Source: Deltaproteobacteria bacterium (GTDB lineage Bacteria; Myxococcota; Kuafuiibacteriia; Kuafuiibacteriales; Kuafuiibacteriaceae). Taken from it: 64,000 bases of DNA. Shown here piece after piece: positions 31,655 through 43,470 of the stretch. The first letter of the stretch is position 1; the number at the start of each line of letters is the position of its first letter. The DNA lies in NCBI GenBank assembly GCA_040218735.1, contig JAVJQW010000049.1, positions 192,001-256,000 on the forward strand, read 5' to 3'. The notes under the pieces are model-generated. The model ran no database searches and was not told the DNA's origin. It saw only the letters and a program-made list of their open reading frames with translations. Made by a program: the position numbers and the translations under genes.

Positions 31655-32353
31655 GTGCGCGCGGTCTTCAACGCGTTGGTCCTCGGGGTCCTGACCGGGT
31701 TCTGGTCGGCGGTGGCCATCCTGGCCGTGCCGTTCATGCGGTGGGGTTCGACGACCTGGGTGGCGCAGACCTGGTCGAAGCAGGTGACCTGGCTGTGCAG
31801 CGTGGACGTGACGCTCGAGGGCGAGGTGCCGACTACGGGGTCCTACGTGGTGCTGGCGAACCACACGAGCCACTTCGACGTGCTGTCGCTGTACTCGAAG
31901 ATCCGCCTCGACATGCGGCCGGTGGCGAAGCGCGAGCTGGGGTTCATCCCGCTGTTCGGCTGGGTGCTGGCGCTGGGGGCGGCGATCATGATCGACCGCA
32001 AGAGCCGGGCGCGGGCGGTGGCGTCGATCGAGCGGGCGGCGAAGACCATCCGCGGCGGGCGCTCGGTGCTGATGTTCCCGGAGGGGACGCGCACGCCGCC
32101 GAACACGGTGGGCCCGATGAAGAAGGGCGCGTTTCACCTGGCGCTGGCGGCGCAGGTGCCGGTGCTCCCGGTGGGGGTGATCGGTACGGGCGATATTCTG
32201 CTCCCGGGCGACTGGAAGATCCGCGGCGGGGCGGTGACGGTGCGGGTCGGCGCGCCGATCGCGACGGCCGGGCGGGGGGACGACGCGGAGGATCGGGCGT
32301 GGTTGATGGCGGAGGTGGAGAAGGCGCTCGTCGACCTCACGAAAGGTGGTTGA
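31655..32353 (+). CDS. plsC: 1-acyl-sn-glycerol-3-phosphate acyltransferase (PlsC family)
   Basis: NHTSHFD, IDR, FPEGTR, KKGAF. Confidence 0.88.
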   Translation: MRAVFNALVLGVLTGFWSAVAILAVPFMRWGSTTWVAQTWSKQVTWLCSVDVTLEGEVPTTGSYVVLANHTSHFDVLSLYSKIRLDMRPVAKRELGFIPLFGWVLALGAAIMIDRKSRARAVASIERAAKTIRGGRSVLMFPEGTRTPPNTVGPMKKGAFHLALAAQVPVLPVGVIGTGDILLPGDWKIRGGAVTVRVGAPIATAGRGDDAEDRAWLMAEVEKALVDLTKGG

Positions 32354-32378
32354 CAGGTCCTATCCTCACCCATAGAAG
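32350..32378 (+). promoter_or_regulatory. Sigma70 promoter of rplM-rpsI
   Basis: Perfect TTGACA, 17 bp spacer, then TAGAAG. Confidence 0.65.
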
Positions 32379-32388
32379 CGACCGTCCC

Positions 32389-32898
32389 ATGGCCGAGGAA
32401 ACTTCGAACGGCGCCGAGAAGCGGGGTATGGAACCGCTCGTCAACGTGCGTCCCACCAAGCATTTCAATCGCGACGACGCGGAGCGCAAGTGGCTCCTGA
32501 TCGACGCGGAAGGCCAGACGGTTGGCCGCTTGGCGACGCAGATCGCCACGCTCCTGCGCGGCAAGCACAAGCCGAACTACACGCCCCACACGGACTCCGG
32601 TGACTTCGTCGTCGTCGTGAACGCCGAGAAGGTCGTGTTCCGCGGGAACAACAAGGTCTCCAAGAAGCGGTACTACAAACACACCGGCTACGTGGGGCAC
32701 CTGAAGGAGCGCACGGGCGTCGAGATGCTCGATCGCGCGCCGCACAAGGTCATCGAGCTCGCGGTGAAGGGGATGATTCCTCGCGGCGCGCTCGCCAACC
32801 AGCTGATGAAGAAGCTCAAGGTCTATGCGGGTCCCGAGCACCCCCACAAGGCCCAGAAGCCGGAAGCCTACGCCGTCGGCACGGACGCGAAGGCCTGA
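32389..32898 (+). CDS. rplM: 50S ribosomal protein L13 (start 32389 or 32428)
   Basis: [56 protein letters not shown]. Confidence 0.96.
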   Translation: MAEETSNGAEKRGMEPLVNVRPTKHFNRDDAERKWLLIDAEGQTVGRLATQIATLLRGKHKPNYTPHTDSGDFVVVVNAEKVVFRGNNKVSKKRYYKHTGYVGHLKERTGVEMLDRAPHKVIELAVKGMIPRGALANQLMKKLKVYAGPEHPHKAQKPEAYAVGTDAKA

Positions 32899-32909
32899 GG
32901 TCCAACGAG

Positions 32910-33296
32910 ATGGAACAGTTTTACGCCACGGGTCGTCGTAAGGAAGCCGTCGCGCGCGTTTACCTGCGCCCCGGCAGCGGCAAGATCACCGTCAACCGCC
33001 GCGACGTCGAGCGCTACTTCCCGCGCGAGACGCTCAAGATGATCCTCCGTCAGCCCCTCGAGGTTGCCGAGCAGGTCGCCAAGTGGGACGTCCTCGTGAA
33101 CGTCTGCGGCGGCGGCCTCTCCGGTCAGGCCGGCGCGATCCGCCACGGGATCACCCGCGCGCTGATCGCCTCGGACCCGGCGCTGCGCCCCCCGCTCAAG
33201 AAGGCGGGCTTCGTGACCCGCGACCCGCGTCGCGTGGAGCGCAAGAAGTACGGCCAGCCCGGCGCCCGCAAGCGCTTCCAGTTCTCGAAGCGCTAA
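32910..33296 (+). CDS. rpsI: 30S ribosomal protein S9
   Basis: [31 protein letters not shown]...[10 protein letters not shown]. Confidence 0.98.
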   Translation: MEQFYATGRRKEAVARVYLRPGSGKITVNRRDVERYFPRETLKMILRQPLEVAEQVAKWDVLVNVCGGGLSGQAGAIRHGITRALIASDPALRPPLKKAGFVTRDPRRVERKKYGQPGARKRFQFSKR

Positions 33297-33307
33297 ACAG
33301 AGCGCCC

Positions 33308-33440
33308 TGCGGGACCCGGCCTTCGGCCACCCGCCTACGCACGCCTTCGGCGGGCTGCGCACTACGCTTCGCTCCGTTTGCGGATGCGGGACCCGGCCTT
33401 CGGCCACCCGCCTACGCACGCCTTCGGCGGGCTGCGCACT
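33308..33440. repeat. Two identical 56-bp REP-like palindromic units in tandem
   Basis: TGCGGGACCCGGCCTTCGGCCACCCGCCTACGCACGCCTTCGGCGGGCTGCGCACT at 33308-33363 and 33385-33440, with a 21-nt spacer. Each unit has two C(UUCG)G hairpins. Confidence 0.85.
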
Positions 33441-33500
33441 TGTGCGGCCTCCCCACTGAATTTCGGGTGCTGACTCCGCGTTTTACGTGGTGAGGGCCTT

Positions 33501-35228
33501 TTGTTATCCGTGTTCCACCCCGTGCGGCGCGAAAGCTCGGTGGCGATCGCGCTGATCGCCGGCTGTGTGTGCTCGGTGCCGGGATCGGTCCTGGCGGGGG
33601 ACGTGGGTGGCTTCGCGGCGTTCACGCCGCTGTCGGCCTCCGAGCTGTTCGAGAAGCGGATGCGTTTCTCCTCGGGGGAGCCGATCGTCTCCGTCGGCAT
33701 CATGACCGGGCAGCGCGGCGTCGCGCTCGAAGGGGGCGGACCGCTGCGCCTGATGTTCGAAGAGCGGCGCCTCCCCAAGACGGTGTACGCGCCCGAGAAG
33801 ACGCGGTTCTCGTTTTCGGTAAAGCGCGGGCGGGCCGCCGAGGTGCGCACCTGGGTCGTCGTCGACACGCTGCCCTACCTCGACGTGAAGGGCGCCGCGG
33901 CGGCGCGCGCGAAGTGGGCGAAGGAGAAGCTCGCCGCGCACGTCTTCGACGTCGGCACCGTCGTGGGGGTGTCCGGGAACGTCCTCGACACGCGCGAGAA
34001 GAAGGTCGCGGTCGGCGGGTTCCTACGTCGCGCGCAGGCGGAGGCGCTCGCGGCGAAGCTCTTCTCCGAGCGAGGCCTCCGCACGACGCTGTTCGAAGAG
34101 CTGGTGAAGAAACCCAGCGGCACCATCCTCGTCCGCGACGCGCAACGACGTGTCATCCACCGTGCGACCAACAGCGTCTTCATCGGCACGCTCGACGACG
34201 AGGCGATCACGATCTTCGACGTCGAACACTCCAAGGGCTACGCGTCACACGGTCGACAGACACGCCGGTACTGGGGCGGCGTCTACGTGGTGATCGATCG
34301 CGACGGTAAGCTCGCCGTCGTCAACTCCGTCGGCGCCGAGCGGCTCCTCGGGGGGCTCGTGCCGGCGGAGATCTTCGCGACGGCGCCGGCGGGCGCGCTC
34401 CGCGCTCAGGCGGTGACCGCGCGCGGGGAGATCTTCTCGAAGCTCGCCCACCGCCACTTCGCCGAGCCGTACCACCTGTGCAGCGCGCAGCACTGTCAGG
34501 TGTACGCGGGGGCCGGGCGGGAGCAGCCGGCGACCAACGCCGCCGTCGATGCGACGCGCGGCCTCTTGGCGGTGCGTCCGCGTAAGGACGACAAGGCGCC
34601 GCTCGAGCTCGTCGACTCGGTGTACGCGTCGACGTGCGGCGGGTTCTCGGAGGCGAACGAGGTGGTGTGGGATCAGACCGCGAGCCCCAGCCTGCGACCG
34701 CGCCTCGACGGGCCGGCGAACGACCCCGCGCTGAAGCCGTTCGCGAACGGGCTGAACGCTTCGAACATGGCGAACTGGGTGCGCTCGTACCCGCCGACCT
34801 ACTGCGCGCGGTCGTCATTCGCGAAGGCCAGCAAGGTGCGCTGGAAGACCGTGGTCCCCGCGGATCGCCTCACACGCTACGTCGACAAACTCGGCGTTGG
34901 GCGTGTCACGGATGTCGCCATTCTGGGGCGCGGCAAGGGTGGCCGCATCACCGGCCTGCGCATCCTCGGCTCCGAAGGGAAGGCCGACGTGTTGCGCGAG
35001 CTCCCGGTGCGCCGACTCTTCGGGAACCTCAATAGCGGCGCCTTCGTCCTGACCGTGGACAAGGACGACGCCGGCTTCGTCGAGCGGCTGACGTTCGAGG
35101 GCGGTGGCTGGGGACACGGCGTCGGCATGTGCCAGATGGGCGCGATCGGTCGCGCCGAAGCCGGGCAGACGTTCAAGGAGATCCTGTCGCACTACTACGG
35201 CGGAGCTGTCGTCGAGCGGATCTACTGA
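33501..35228 (+). CDS. SpoIID/LytB domain protein (putative lytic transglycosylase; start may be GTG 33540)
   Basis: GLVPAE, ALRAQAVTAR, LCSAQHCQVY, YASTCGG, GGGWGHGVGMCQMGA, ILSHYY. Confidence 0.88.
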   Translation: MLSVFHPVRRESSVAIALIAGCVCSVPGSVLAGDVGGFAAFTPLSASELFEKRMRFSSGEPIVSVGIMTGQRGVALEGGGPLRLMFEERRLPKTVYAPEKTRFSFSVKRGRAAEVRTWVVVDTLPYLDVKGAAAARAKWAKEKLAAHVFDVGTVVGVSGNVLDTREKKVAVGGFLRRAQAEALAAKLFSERGLRTTLFEELVKKPSGTILVRDAQRRVIHRATNSVFIGTLDDEAITIFDVEHSKGYASHGRQTRRYWGGVYVVIDRDGKLAVVNSVGAERLLGGLVPAEIFATAPAGALRAQAVTARGEIFSKLAHRHFAEPYHLCSAQHCQVYAGAGREQPATNAAVDATRGLLAVRPRKDDKAPLELVDSVYASTCGGFSEANEVVWDQTASPSLRPRLDGPANDPALKPFANGLNASNMANWVRSYPPTYCARSSFAKASKVRWKTVVPADRLTRYVDKLGVGRVTDVAILGRGKGGRITGLRILGSEGKADVLRELPVRRLFGNLNSGAFVLTVDKDDAGFVERLTFEGGGWGHGVGMCQMGAIGRAEAGQTFKEILSHYYGGAVVERIY

Positions 35229-35393
35229 AGTGTCCTAAAGCGAAGCCGGACCTCGGCACGCCGGCTATCCGGTACACTTTCCTAGCTCATGCCTGAATGA
35301 GCGGAGGATGGACGGCCGGGACTCGGCACCCTACGCTCACGAGGAGCCCGCCGATCGCAAACCTGCGTTCTCCGGCGCGGCCGCTTCGAGACC

Positions 35394-36608
35394 ATGCGCC
35401 GGGCCACCATCCTCACCGCGCTCCTTGCGGTCGCCTGCTCGGGCGAGACCCCGCGGGTGTTCCCACCCGCGGCGGAGCTTCCGCTGCGCGAGGCGCTCCC
35501 GGATTCGTTCGTCACGTTCTTCGGCGAGGCGCGCATCGAATCCGCCGATGACTGGCGCGACGCTCGACGGCCGGAGCTCATCGAGCTCTTCGAGCACTAC
35601 GTCTACGGCGTTGCGCCCGAGGCGCCCGCGATCACCGCCCGCGTGGAGACACCCGACGTCGAGATCGCCCCCGGCGTCGTGCACCGCGGCGTCGAGATCA
35701 CGCTGAGCCCCGACGCGCCGCAGATACACCTCGGGCTGTTCCTCCCCGCCGGCGTCTCGGACCCGCCGGTGCTCCTGGCGCTCAACCCCTGCGGGAACCA
35801 GTCCCTCGTCGCGTCGGAGGCGGTGCGGTTCAGCGAGTCCTTCCGGGCGCTCGGCTGCGGCGCGGATCGAGGCTCGCGGCAGGAGCGGTGGCCGGTCTTC
35901 GAGATCGTCGGGCGCGGCTACGCGCTCGCGACGTTCCACGAGAGCGACGTCGATCCCGACGACCCGGACGACGAGCGCAGCCTCGACGGCGTGCACCCGC
36001 ACTTCGACTCGGGCGAAGGCTTCCGCACGGCGTGGGGGCGCCTCGCCGCGTGGGCCTGGGGCCTCTCCCGGGCGGTCGACTACCTCGTCACGGACGCCAG
36101 CGTCGACGCGACGCGCATCGCGGTCGTCGGACACTCGCGCCGCGGGAAGACGGCGCTCCTCGCGGCGGCCCTCGACGAACGCATCGCCATCGCGATCCCC
36201 CACCAGTCGGGAACCGGCGGTGCGTCGCTCTCGCGCGACAACACCGGCGAGTCCGTCGGCGTGATCACCACCTTGTTCCCGAACTGGTTCGACGACGTCT
36301 TCGCGACCTTCGCCGACCAAGAGGCGCGGCTCCCCGTCGACCAGCACCTCCTCATCGCGCTCGTCGCGCCGCGCCCCGTGCTGGTGACCAACGGCGTCGA
36401 AGACCTGCGCGCCGATCCGCCGGGTGCGCTGAAGGCCGTGGAGGCCGCCGCGCCGGTCTACACGCTCCTCGGATCGCGGGGGCTCGTGCTCGAAGACGGA
36501 CGACCGAGCCTCGACGGACCGCTCTCGTGGCACGAGCGCACCGGCGGCCACAGCCTCGAGCCGCGGGACTGGTACACGTTCATGGACTTCGCCGACCGTC
36601 AGTGGTGA
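35394..36608 (+). CDS. CE15 (glucuronoyl esterase-like) alpha/beta hydrolase lipoprotein
   Basis: Lipobox LAVAC, AWAWGLSRAVDYL, GHSRRGK nucleophile motif, SGTGG, LPVDQH.LIALVAPRP. Confidence 0.82.
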   Translation: MRRATILTALLAVACSGETPRVFPPAAELPLREALPDSFVTFFGEARIESADDWRDARRPELIELFEHYVYGVAPEAPAITARVETPDVEIAPGVVHRGVEITLSPDAPQIHLGLFLPAGVSDPPVLLALNPCGNQSLVASEAVRFSESFRALGCGADRGSRQERWPVFEIVGRGYALATFHESDVDPDDPDDERSLDGVHPHFDSGEGFRTAWGRLAAWAWGLSRAVDYLVTDASVDATRIAVVGHSRRGKTALLAAALDERIAIAIPHQSGTGGASLSRDNTGESVGVITTLFPNWFDDVFATFADQEARLPVDQHLLIALVAPRPVLVTNGVEDLRADPPGALKAVEAAAPVYTLLGSRGLVLEDGRPSLDGPLSWHERTGGHSLEPRDWYTFMDFADRQW

Positions 36609-36615
36609 CGACGCA

Positions 36616-37536
36616 TCAGACCGCGGTCGTGCCGCGCAGGTGCTTCTCCACGAACAGCTCACCGGCGCGGTAGGACGAACGCACCAGCGGCCCGGAGGCG
36701 ACGTAGCCGAACCCCAACGCCTTCGCGACCTCGGCGTAGCGATCGAACGTCGCGGGCGGGACGTACTCCACCACCGGCAGGTGCTTCGAAGAGGGGCGGA
36801 GGTACTGGCCGAGCGTGACGATGTCGACGTCGTTCTCGCGGAGGTCCTCGAGCGTCTTCACGACCTCGTCCTCCGTCTCCCCGAGGCCGATCATGATCGA
36901 GCTCTTCGTCAGCAGGCCGGGGGCGTTGCGTTTGCTGAACGCGAGCACGTCCAGCGATTGCGCATAGGACGCACGCGGGTCGCGGACCCGCGAGGTCAGA
37001 CGCTCCACACACTCCACGTTGTGCGCGAGGACCGCGAGCGGCGACGCGAGCATCTCCCAGATCGCGGCTTCGTTGCCCTCGAAGTCGGGGATGAGCATCT
37101 CCAGCAGCACGTCGGGGCAACGCGCTCGGATCGCCTCCAGGCACCGGCGCAGGTGTCCGGCGCCGCCGTCGGGCAGCTCGTCGCGGTTCACGGAGGTGAG
37201 CACGACGTACGACAGGCCCATCGCGTCGACGGCCTCCGCGACGTGGTTCGGCTCTTCCTCGTCGAGCGGCGGAGGGATCCGCGCGGTGTTGATGGCGCAG
37301 AAGCGGCAGCCGCGGGTGCAGGTGTCACCCATCAGCATGAACGTGGCCGTGCCGCCGCCCCAGCACTCGGAGAGGTTCGGGCACTGCGCTTCCTCGCAGA
37401 CCGTGGCGAGCTTCAGGTTGCGCGCGCTCTTCTTGAGCGCGGCGTAGGCCGGCCCGCCCGGGGGGCGAATCTTGAGCCACTCGGGCTTGCGGACGCGCTC
37501 GACGCCGTCCTGCACGATGGGGAGGCTCCTCCGCAC
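36616..37536 (-). CDS. lipA: Lipoyl synthase
   Basis: RKPEWLK, CEEAQCPNLSEC, CTRGCRFC, GQYLRPS, VRSSY. Start GTG at 37536. Confidence 0.96.
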   Translation of the reverse strand: MRRSLPIVQDGVERVRKPEWLKIRPPGGPAYAALKKSARNLKLATVCEEAQCPNLSECWGGGTATFMLMGDTCTRGCRFCAINTARIPPPLDEEEPNHVAEAVDAMGLSYVVLTSVNRDELPDGGAGHLRRCLEAIRARCPDVLLEMLIPDFEGNEAAIWEMLASPLAVLAHNVECVERLTSRVRDPRASYAQSLDVLAFSKRNAPGLLTKSSIMIGLGETEDEVVKTLEDLRENDVDIVTLGQYLRPSSKHLPVVEYVPPATFDRYAEVAKALGFGYVASGPLVRSSYRAGELFVEKHLRGTTAV

Positions 37537-37546
37537 GACCTCGGAG

Positions 37547-39853
37547 TTAACACCCGAGCCTCGTCGCCGCCAACCACGCGATCGCGTAGACGGCCGCACC
37601 CGCGAGGAGAACCCCGGTGAAGCCCACGCTGCTCGCGCCGATGATCGCGAGGACCGTCCCCGCGACCGACAGCAGGCCGTTGGTCGCAAACGCCCAGGGC
37701 ACCAGCGCGGGTGCGTCTTCGAGGCGCGACAGGCCCGCGGGGAACGCGAGGCCCAACGCCGCGCCGGTAGGCAGCACCACCGCGAGCGCGAGCGCGACGC
37801 GCACCGGCTCCGCGCCCGGCGCCCCCGCGCCGAGGACGAACGGCAACGAGAGCGCGAGCGCGACCGCCGCCCCCACCGCGAACGCGGGCGCGTGCTCGGG
37901 GCGCGGAAGGCGCTTCGACAGCGCGCTCCCCGCGCCGGCGCCGACGAGCAAGCCGAAGAACACCGTCGCGAGGGTCAGCGCCGGAGCGCCGAGCAGGAGC
38001 CCGAGGCGCTGCACCAGCGCGATCTCCACGAGCATGAACCCCAGCCCGAGCGCCGCGAAGTAAGCGAACACCGCGACCGTGCGCCGCCGCGAGACGGTCA
38101 GGCGGCGGCGACCGAAGAACAACGGGAGCAGCAGCGCGAGCGCGCCGACGAGGGTCGTCTCGACGAGGAGGAGCACCGCGGCGATCTCCGCGAACGGTCG
38201 ATCCTCCAGCGCCATCCGCGCGCCGCTTCGAATCCCCAGCGTGCGCTCGAAGTCCGCCCACGACAGATCCGAGAAGCGCCGACGCTGGTGAAAGAACGGG
38301 CGGTCGTCGGTCGCCGGGTCCAGGCGCGAGCCGACCACGTCCTCGAACCGCGCGAGGTCTTGGCCGGCGAGGATCGCTTCGAACACCGGGTCCGTCGGCG
38401 CCTTCGCGTTCGTCAGGCCCGGCGGGGTGAACAACATCCTCAGCCCGGGCCGCGATGCGATTCGGGCGACGATCGTCGCGTGCGCCGCTTCGCTCGGGCG
38501 CTGCTTGAAGATCAGGAGCGCGCCGTAGAACGAGGGCCCCGCCGCACGCTCCGACCACGCGTAGACGTGCACGTCCTTGGGGAGGGAAGCGAGGAGGCGG
38601 TAGAGCTGCGCCTCGGGGCGCGTAAGGAACAGGGTCCCGTCGGCCGAGAGGCGGTTCACGAGCAGCGCGAGCGCCTCCTCGGTGAGCAGGAAGTCCTCGG
38701 CGAGGTGCATCGCACCCGCCGAGGTCGCGGCGTTGCTGATCGTGTGGATCATGACGATCGCGTCGTAGGCCTCCTCGGCGCGCTCGAGGACGCTGCGTGC
38801 TTCGTCGACGATCCAGGTGACGCGCGGATCCTCCCGCAGGCGCGCTGGCGCGTGCGCCGCGACGAGCGCGTTGACCTCGACGGCGTCGACGTGACCCGCG
38901 CCGAACGCGAGCGCTTCTTCGACCTCCCACCCGGCGCCGGCGCCGACGATCATGACGCGCCCGCCGGGGTGGAGTGTGTAGGGGAGGGTGGCGTCGCTCT
39001 CGACGGGCGCTGCGCCCGTGGGGATCCGAACGGCGGCGACGCCCGCGTCGATCATCAGACGCTCCAGGCCGGGCCGGAAGGCGACGTGGTCGACGCGCGC
39101 CAGGCTGTTCCAGGCGGTCGACTTCGTGCGGGACGGGTCGGCGAGGAGCTTCGAGAAGGGCTCACCGCTGCGGGTGACCTTGGACTGGGTGATGTGCAGC
39201 GGGAGCACGGCGTCCGCGAACGGCGTCAACGCCGCGAGCGCGACGGCGCTGCACAGGCCGGCGACGCGCAGGCGCGGACCGCCGAGGCACGCGGCGCCGA
39301 GCGCGGCGATAGCGGCGCCCGTGACGATTGCGCCGACGCCCCCGACCGCGCTCAGCGCAAGCAGGGTTGCGAACGAACCCACGCCCGCGCCGAACAGGTC
39401 CGCGGCGTAGAGCCGGTGCGCGTCCGCGACGTAGCGCTCGAGCGTCACGGCGATCGCGAGGCCGCTGCCGAAGAACGGGACCCCGAGGAGCACGTACACG
39501 ACGGCGAGCTTCACGAGCTCCGCGAAGGACGTCGCGAGCGCGAGCGGCTCCAGCGCGAGGCTCTGCGTGACCGCGAAGCAGACGGGGAGGCCGAGCGCGA
39601 GCAGGAGCGCGCCACCCCCGCCGAGCGCGTCCGCGCTCTGCCGGGTGAGCCACCCCGAGGCGCTGGAGTACGCCCCCGCGACCGAGGTTCCGAGGAGCGC
39701 CGTCGACACCACCAGGAACGCGAAGTGGTGGTACAGCGAGACGGACAGCACCCGGGTCAGCGCGACCTCGGCGAGGAGGGTGCCGCCCGCGATGCAGGCG
39801 AGGCCGACGGCGCGACGCCATCGCGGCGCGGCGGAGGCCGACGGTGCGCTCAC
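37547..39853 (-). CDS. Large membrane protein with a central spermidine synthase-like domain
   Basis: N- and C-terminal TM bundles, LYAADLFGAG, WNSLARVD, VGAGAG, VEVN, DEARS, ATDDRPFF, GLGFMLVEI. Start about GTG 39853; the track ORF is over-extended. Confidence 0.8.
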   Translation of the reverse strand: MSAPSASAAPRWRRAVGLACIAGGTLLAEVALTRVLSVSLYHHFAFLVVSTALLGTSVAGAYSSASGWLTRQSADALGGGGALLLALGLPVCFAVTQSLALEPLALATSFAELVKLAVVYVLLGVPFFGSGLAIAVTLERYVADAHRLYAADLFGAGVGSFATLLALSAVGGVGAIVTGAAIAALGAACLGGPRLRVAGLCSAVALAALTPFADAVLPLHITQSKVTRSGEPFSKLLADPSRTKSTAWNSLARVDHVAFRPGLERLMIDAGVAAVRIPTGAAPVESDATLPYTLHPGGRVMIVGAGAGWEVEEALAFGAGHVDAVEVNALVAAHAPARLREDPRVTWIVDEARSVLERAEEAYDAIVMIHTISNAATSAGAMHLAEDFLLTEEALALLVNRLSADGTLFLTRPEAQLYRLLASLPKDVHVYAWSERAAGPSFYGALLIFKQRPSEAAHATIVARIASRPGLRMLFTPPGLTNAKAPTDPVFEAILAGQDLARFEDVVGSRLDPATDDRPFFHQRRRFSDLSWADFERTLGIRSGARMALEDRPFAEIAAVLLLVETTLVGALALLLPLFFGRRRLTVSRRRTVAVFAYFAALGLGFMLVEIALVQRLGLLLGAPALTLATVFFGLLVGAGAGSALSKRLPRPEHAPAFAVGAAVALALSLPFVLGAGAPGAEPVRVALALAVVLPTGAALGLAFPAGLSRLEDAPALVPWAFATNGLLSVAGTVLAIIGASSVGFTGVLLAGAAVYAIAWLAATRLGC

Positions 39854-40021
39854 CGGCGAAGGCTCGCACGTGCGGCGCGTGATGTCGCGCCGACGGCCGA
39901 TCGTGGGCGGTCGGGGCGGTCCCTGCACACCGCGAAGGGCAGGGTCGGGGCTCAGTGCACACTCGAGCGCTCCGGATCGACCGGCGCTCGTTGGAACGGC
40001 GCGTGCTCTAGACGAGCGTTC

Positions 40022-41395
40022 ATGGCGGAAGTCACCAGCCAACAGGCCATCACCACCACTCACATCTGGTTCTCGTCGGAACGACGCGAGTCGGACGACG
40101 GCACGACCTACACCGTGCAGGTCAAACACCAGGAGACGAAGACCGAGATCAAGATCGTCGTTCGCCGCGTGCCGGATCCGCCGAGCGAAGAGCAGGTCCA
40201 GGCTGCGGCGGATCGGCTCGCGGAGCAGGGCGTCGAGCCGGAGGCGATCGAACGGGTCCTCACGGAGATGATCGAGTCGGGCGCGCTCACCGGATCGAAC
40301 GGTGACGCCGTCGCCGGGGACTGGATCGGGTTCACGGGGGGCGCCGTCGAGCCGAACGCCTCGAACCTGATCGCGGAGTCGGCCGCCAGCGCGCCGCCGC
40401 CGCCCGCGGGCGACCTCGACGGAACGACCGACGTCACCCAGGCCGCCGAAGCCCACTTCGACGACTGGGACGCCAACGCCGACGGCGTGCTCAGCGAGGA
40501 CGAGCTCCTCGACGCGATCGCCGACCCCGCGTACACCGGCGAGGACGCGGCCGCGCTCGTCGCGCTCTACCGGCGCTACGACGAGGTCAAGAGCGCGAGC
40601 AACGACCAGGTCTTCGGCGAGACGGGCATCTCGGTGAACGACCTGTTGGTGGTCGAAGCGGCCGCCGCCAACGGCGACGACTTCGCGCGGCTCGGCGTCT
40701 ACTTCGACGCCGCGAAGGATCGCGCCGACAACGCGTCGGCGGTGCTCTTCGGTGCGGGCGGGCCCGACCCGTACGCGGTTCAGCAGGGCGGGTTCGCGGA
40801 CTGCACGTTCCACGCAGCGTTGGCTGCGCTCGCGCTCCAACGCCCCGACGACATCACCAACATGATCCAGGCAAACGCCGACGGCTCCTTCACGGTCACC
40901 TTCCCCGGTGAGGATCCCGTGAACGTTCCGCCGCTGACCGACGGGCAGCTCGGCATCGGCGGGACGGCCGGCGCCAACGGGCAGTGGGTCACGGTGCTCG
41001 AGATCGCGTACCGCGAGGTCACCGGGAACCGTGAGGGAGCGCTGACGGGCGCGGGGATCCGGACGCTCACGGGCAACGGCACCATCCCGTGGCTCCCGGG
41101 GCTGGATTCGCCCGACAGCATCCTCGCGAGCGTCGAAGCGTCGCTCGACGCGGACGGGATCGTCACGGTCAGCAACAACTTCGGCTCGGAGAACCTGCCG
41201 GAGTGGCACATCTACAGCGTCCTCGACTACGACACCGCGAACGGCACCATCACCATCCGCAACCCGTGGGGTCGCGGTGAGCTCGAAGACGCCAGCGGCG
41301 CCCCGCTCGACGGGACGGACGACGGCGTCTTCACGGTGACGGAGGAGGAGTTCCTGGAGCTGTTCGAGAGTGTGTCCGTCGAGAACGTCGACTGA
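40022..41395 (+). CDS. Calpain-like (peptidase C2) cysteine protease with EF-hand
   Basis: ATG at 40022 inside the long track ORF. EF-hand DANADGVLSEDE; catalytic triad motifs QQGGFADC, WHIYSVL, IRNPWG. Confidence 0.8.
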   Translation: MAEVTSQQAITTTHIWFSSERRESDDGTTYTVQVKHQETKTEIKIVVRRVPDPPSEEQVQAAADRLAEQGVEPEAIERVLTEMIESGALTGSNGDAVAGDWIGFTGGAVEPNASNLIAESAASAPPPPAGDLDGTTDVTQAAEAHFDDWDANADGVLSEDELLDAIADPAYTGEDAAALVALYRRYDEVKSASNDQVFGETGISVNDLLVVEAAAANGDDFARLGVYFDAAKDRADNASAVLFGAGGPDPYAVQQGGFADCTFHAALAALALQRPDDITNMIQANADGSFTVTFPGEDPVNVPPLTDGQLGIGGTAGANGQWVTVLEIAYREVTGNREGALTGAGIRTLTGNGTIPWLPGLDSPDSILASVEASLDADGIVTVSNNFGSENLPEWHIYSVLDYDTANGTITIRNPWGRGELEDASGAPLDGTDDGVFTVTEEEFLELFESVSVENVD

Positions 41396-41404
41396 GGCGG
41401 AGGA

Positions 41405-41432
41405 GCTTGGCGCCGGGAGAGCGGCGCCAAGC
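41405..41432. terminator. Hairpin between convergent genes, possible bidirectional terminator
   Basis: GCTTGGCGCCG-GGAGAG-CGGCGCCAAGC, a perfect 11-bp stem with no U-tract. Confidence 0.5.
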
Positions 41433-41436
41433 CGGG

Positions 41437-43368
<1,932 letters not shown>

Positions 43369-43470
43369 GCTCGAGGTCTGCTCCCTAGAGGAAAATTTCG
43401 GTGCGAGGGTCCCCCGCGACAGGGGCGTGGGATAACCGCACGCGCGACGCTAGTCACGCGCAATTTGCCG

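Noticed and set aside
33308-33440. Possible mini CRISPR array
   Set aside because: There are only two units, the 56-bp repeat is longer than the 21-nt spacer, and no cas genes are present.
37472-41395. 1307-aa plus ORF and 1220-aa minus ORF overlapping each other
   Set aside because: Each is a real gene (calpain-like from 40022; membrane protein from about 39853) extended by stop-free antisense sequence. They are not true giant overlapping genes.
43369-43470. CIRCE or sigma54 element upstream of dnaK
   Set aside because: There is no TTAGCACTC-N9-GAGTGCTAA and no correctly spaced GG-N10-GC. Only a weak TTGACG-16-TAGCGT is seen. A dnaK without grpE/dnaJ is unremarkable where several paralogs exist.
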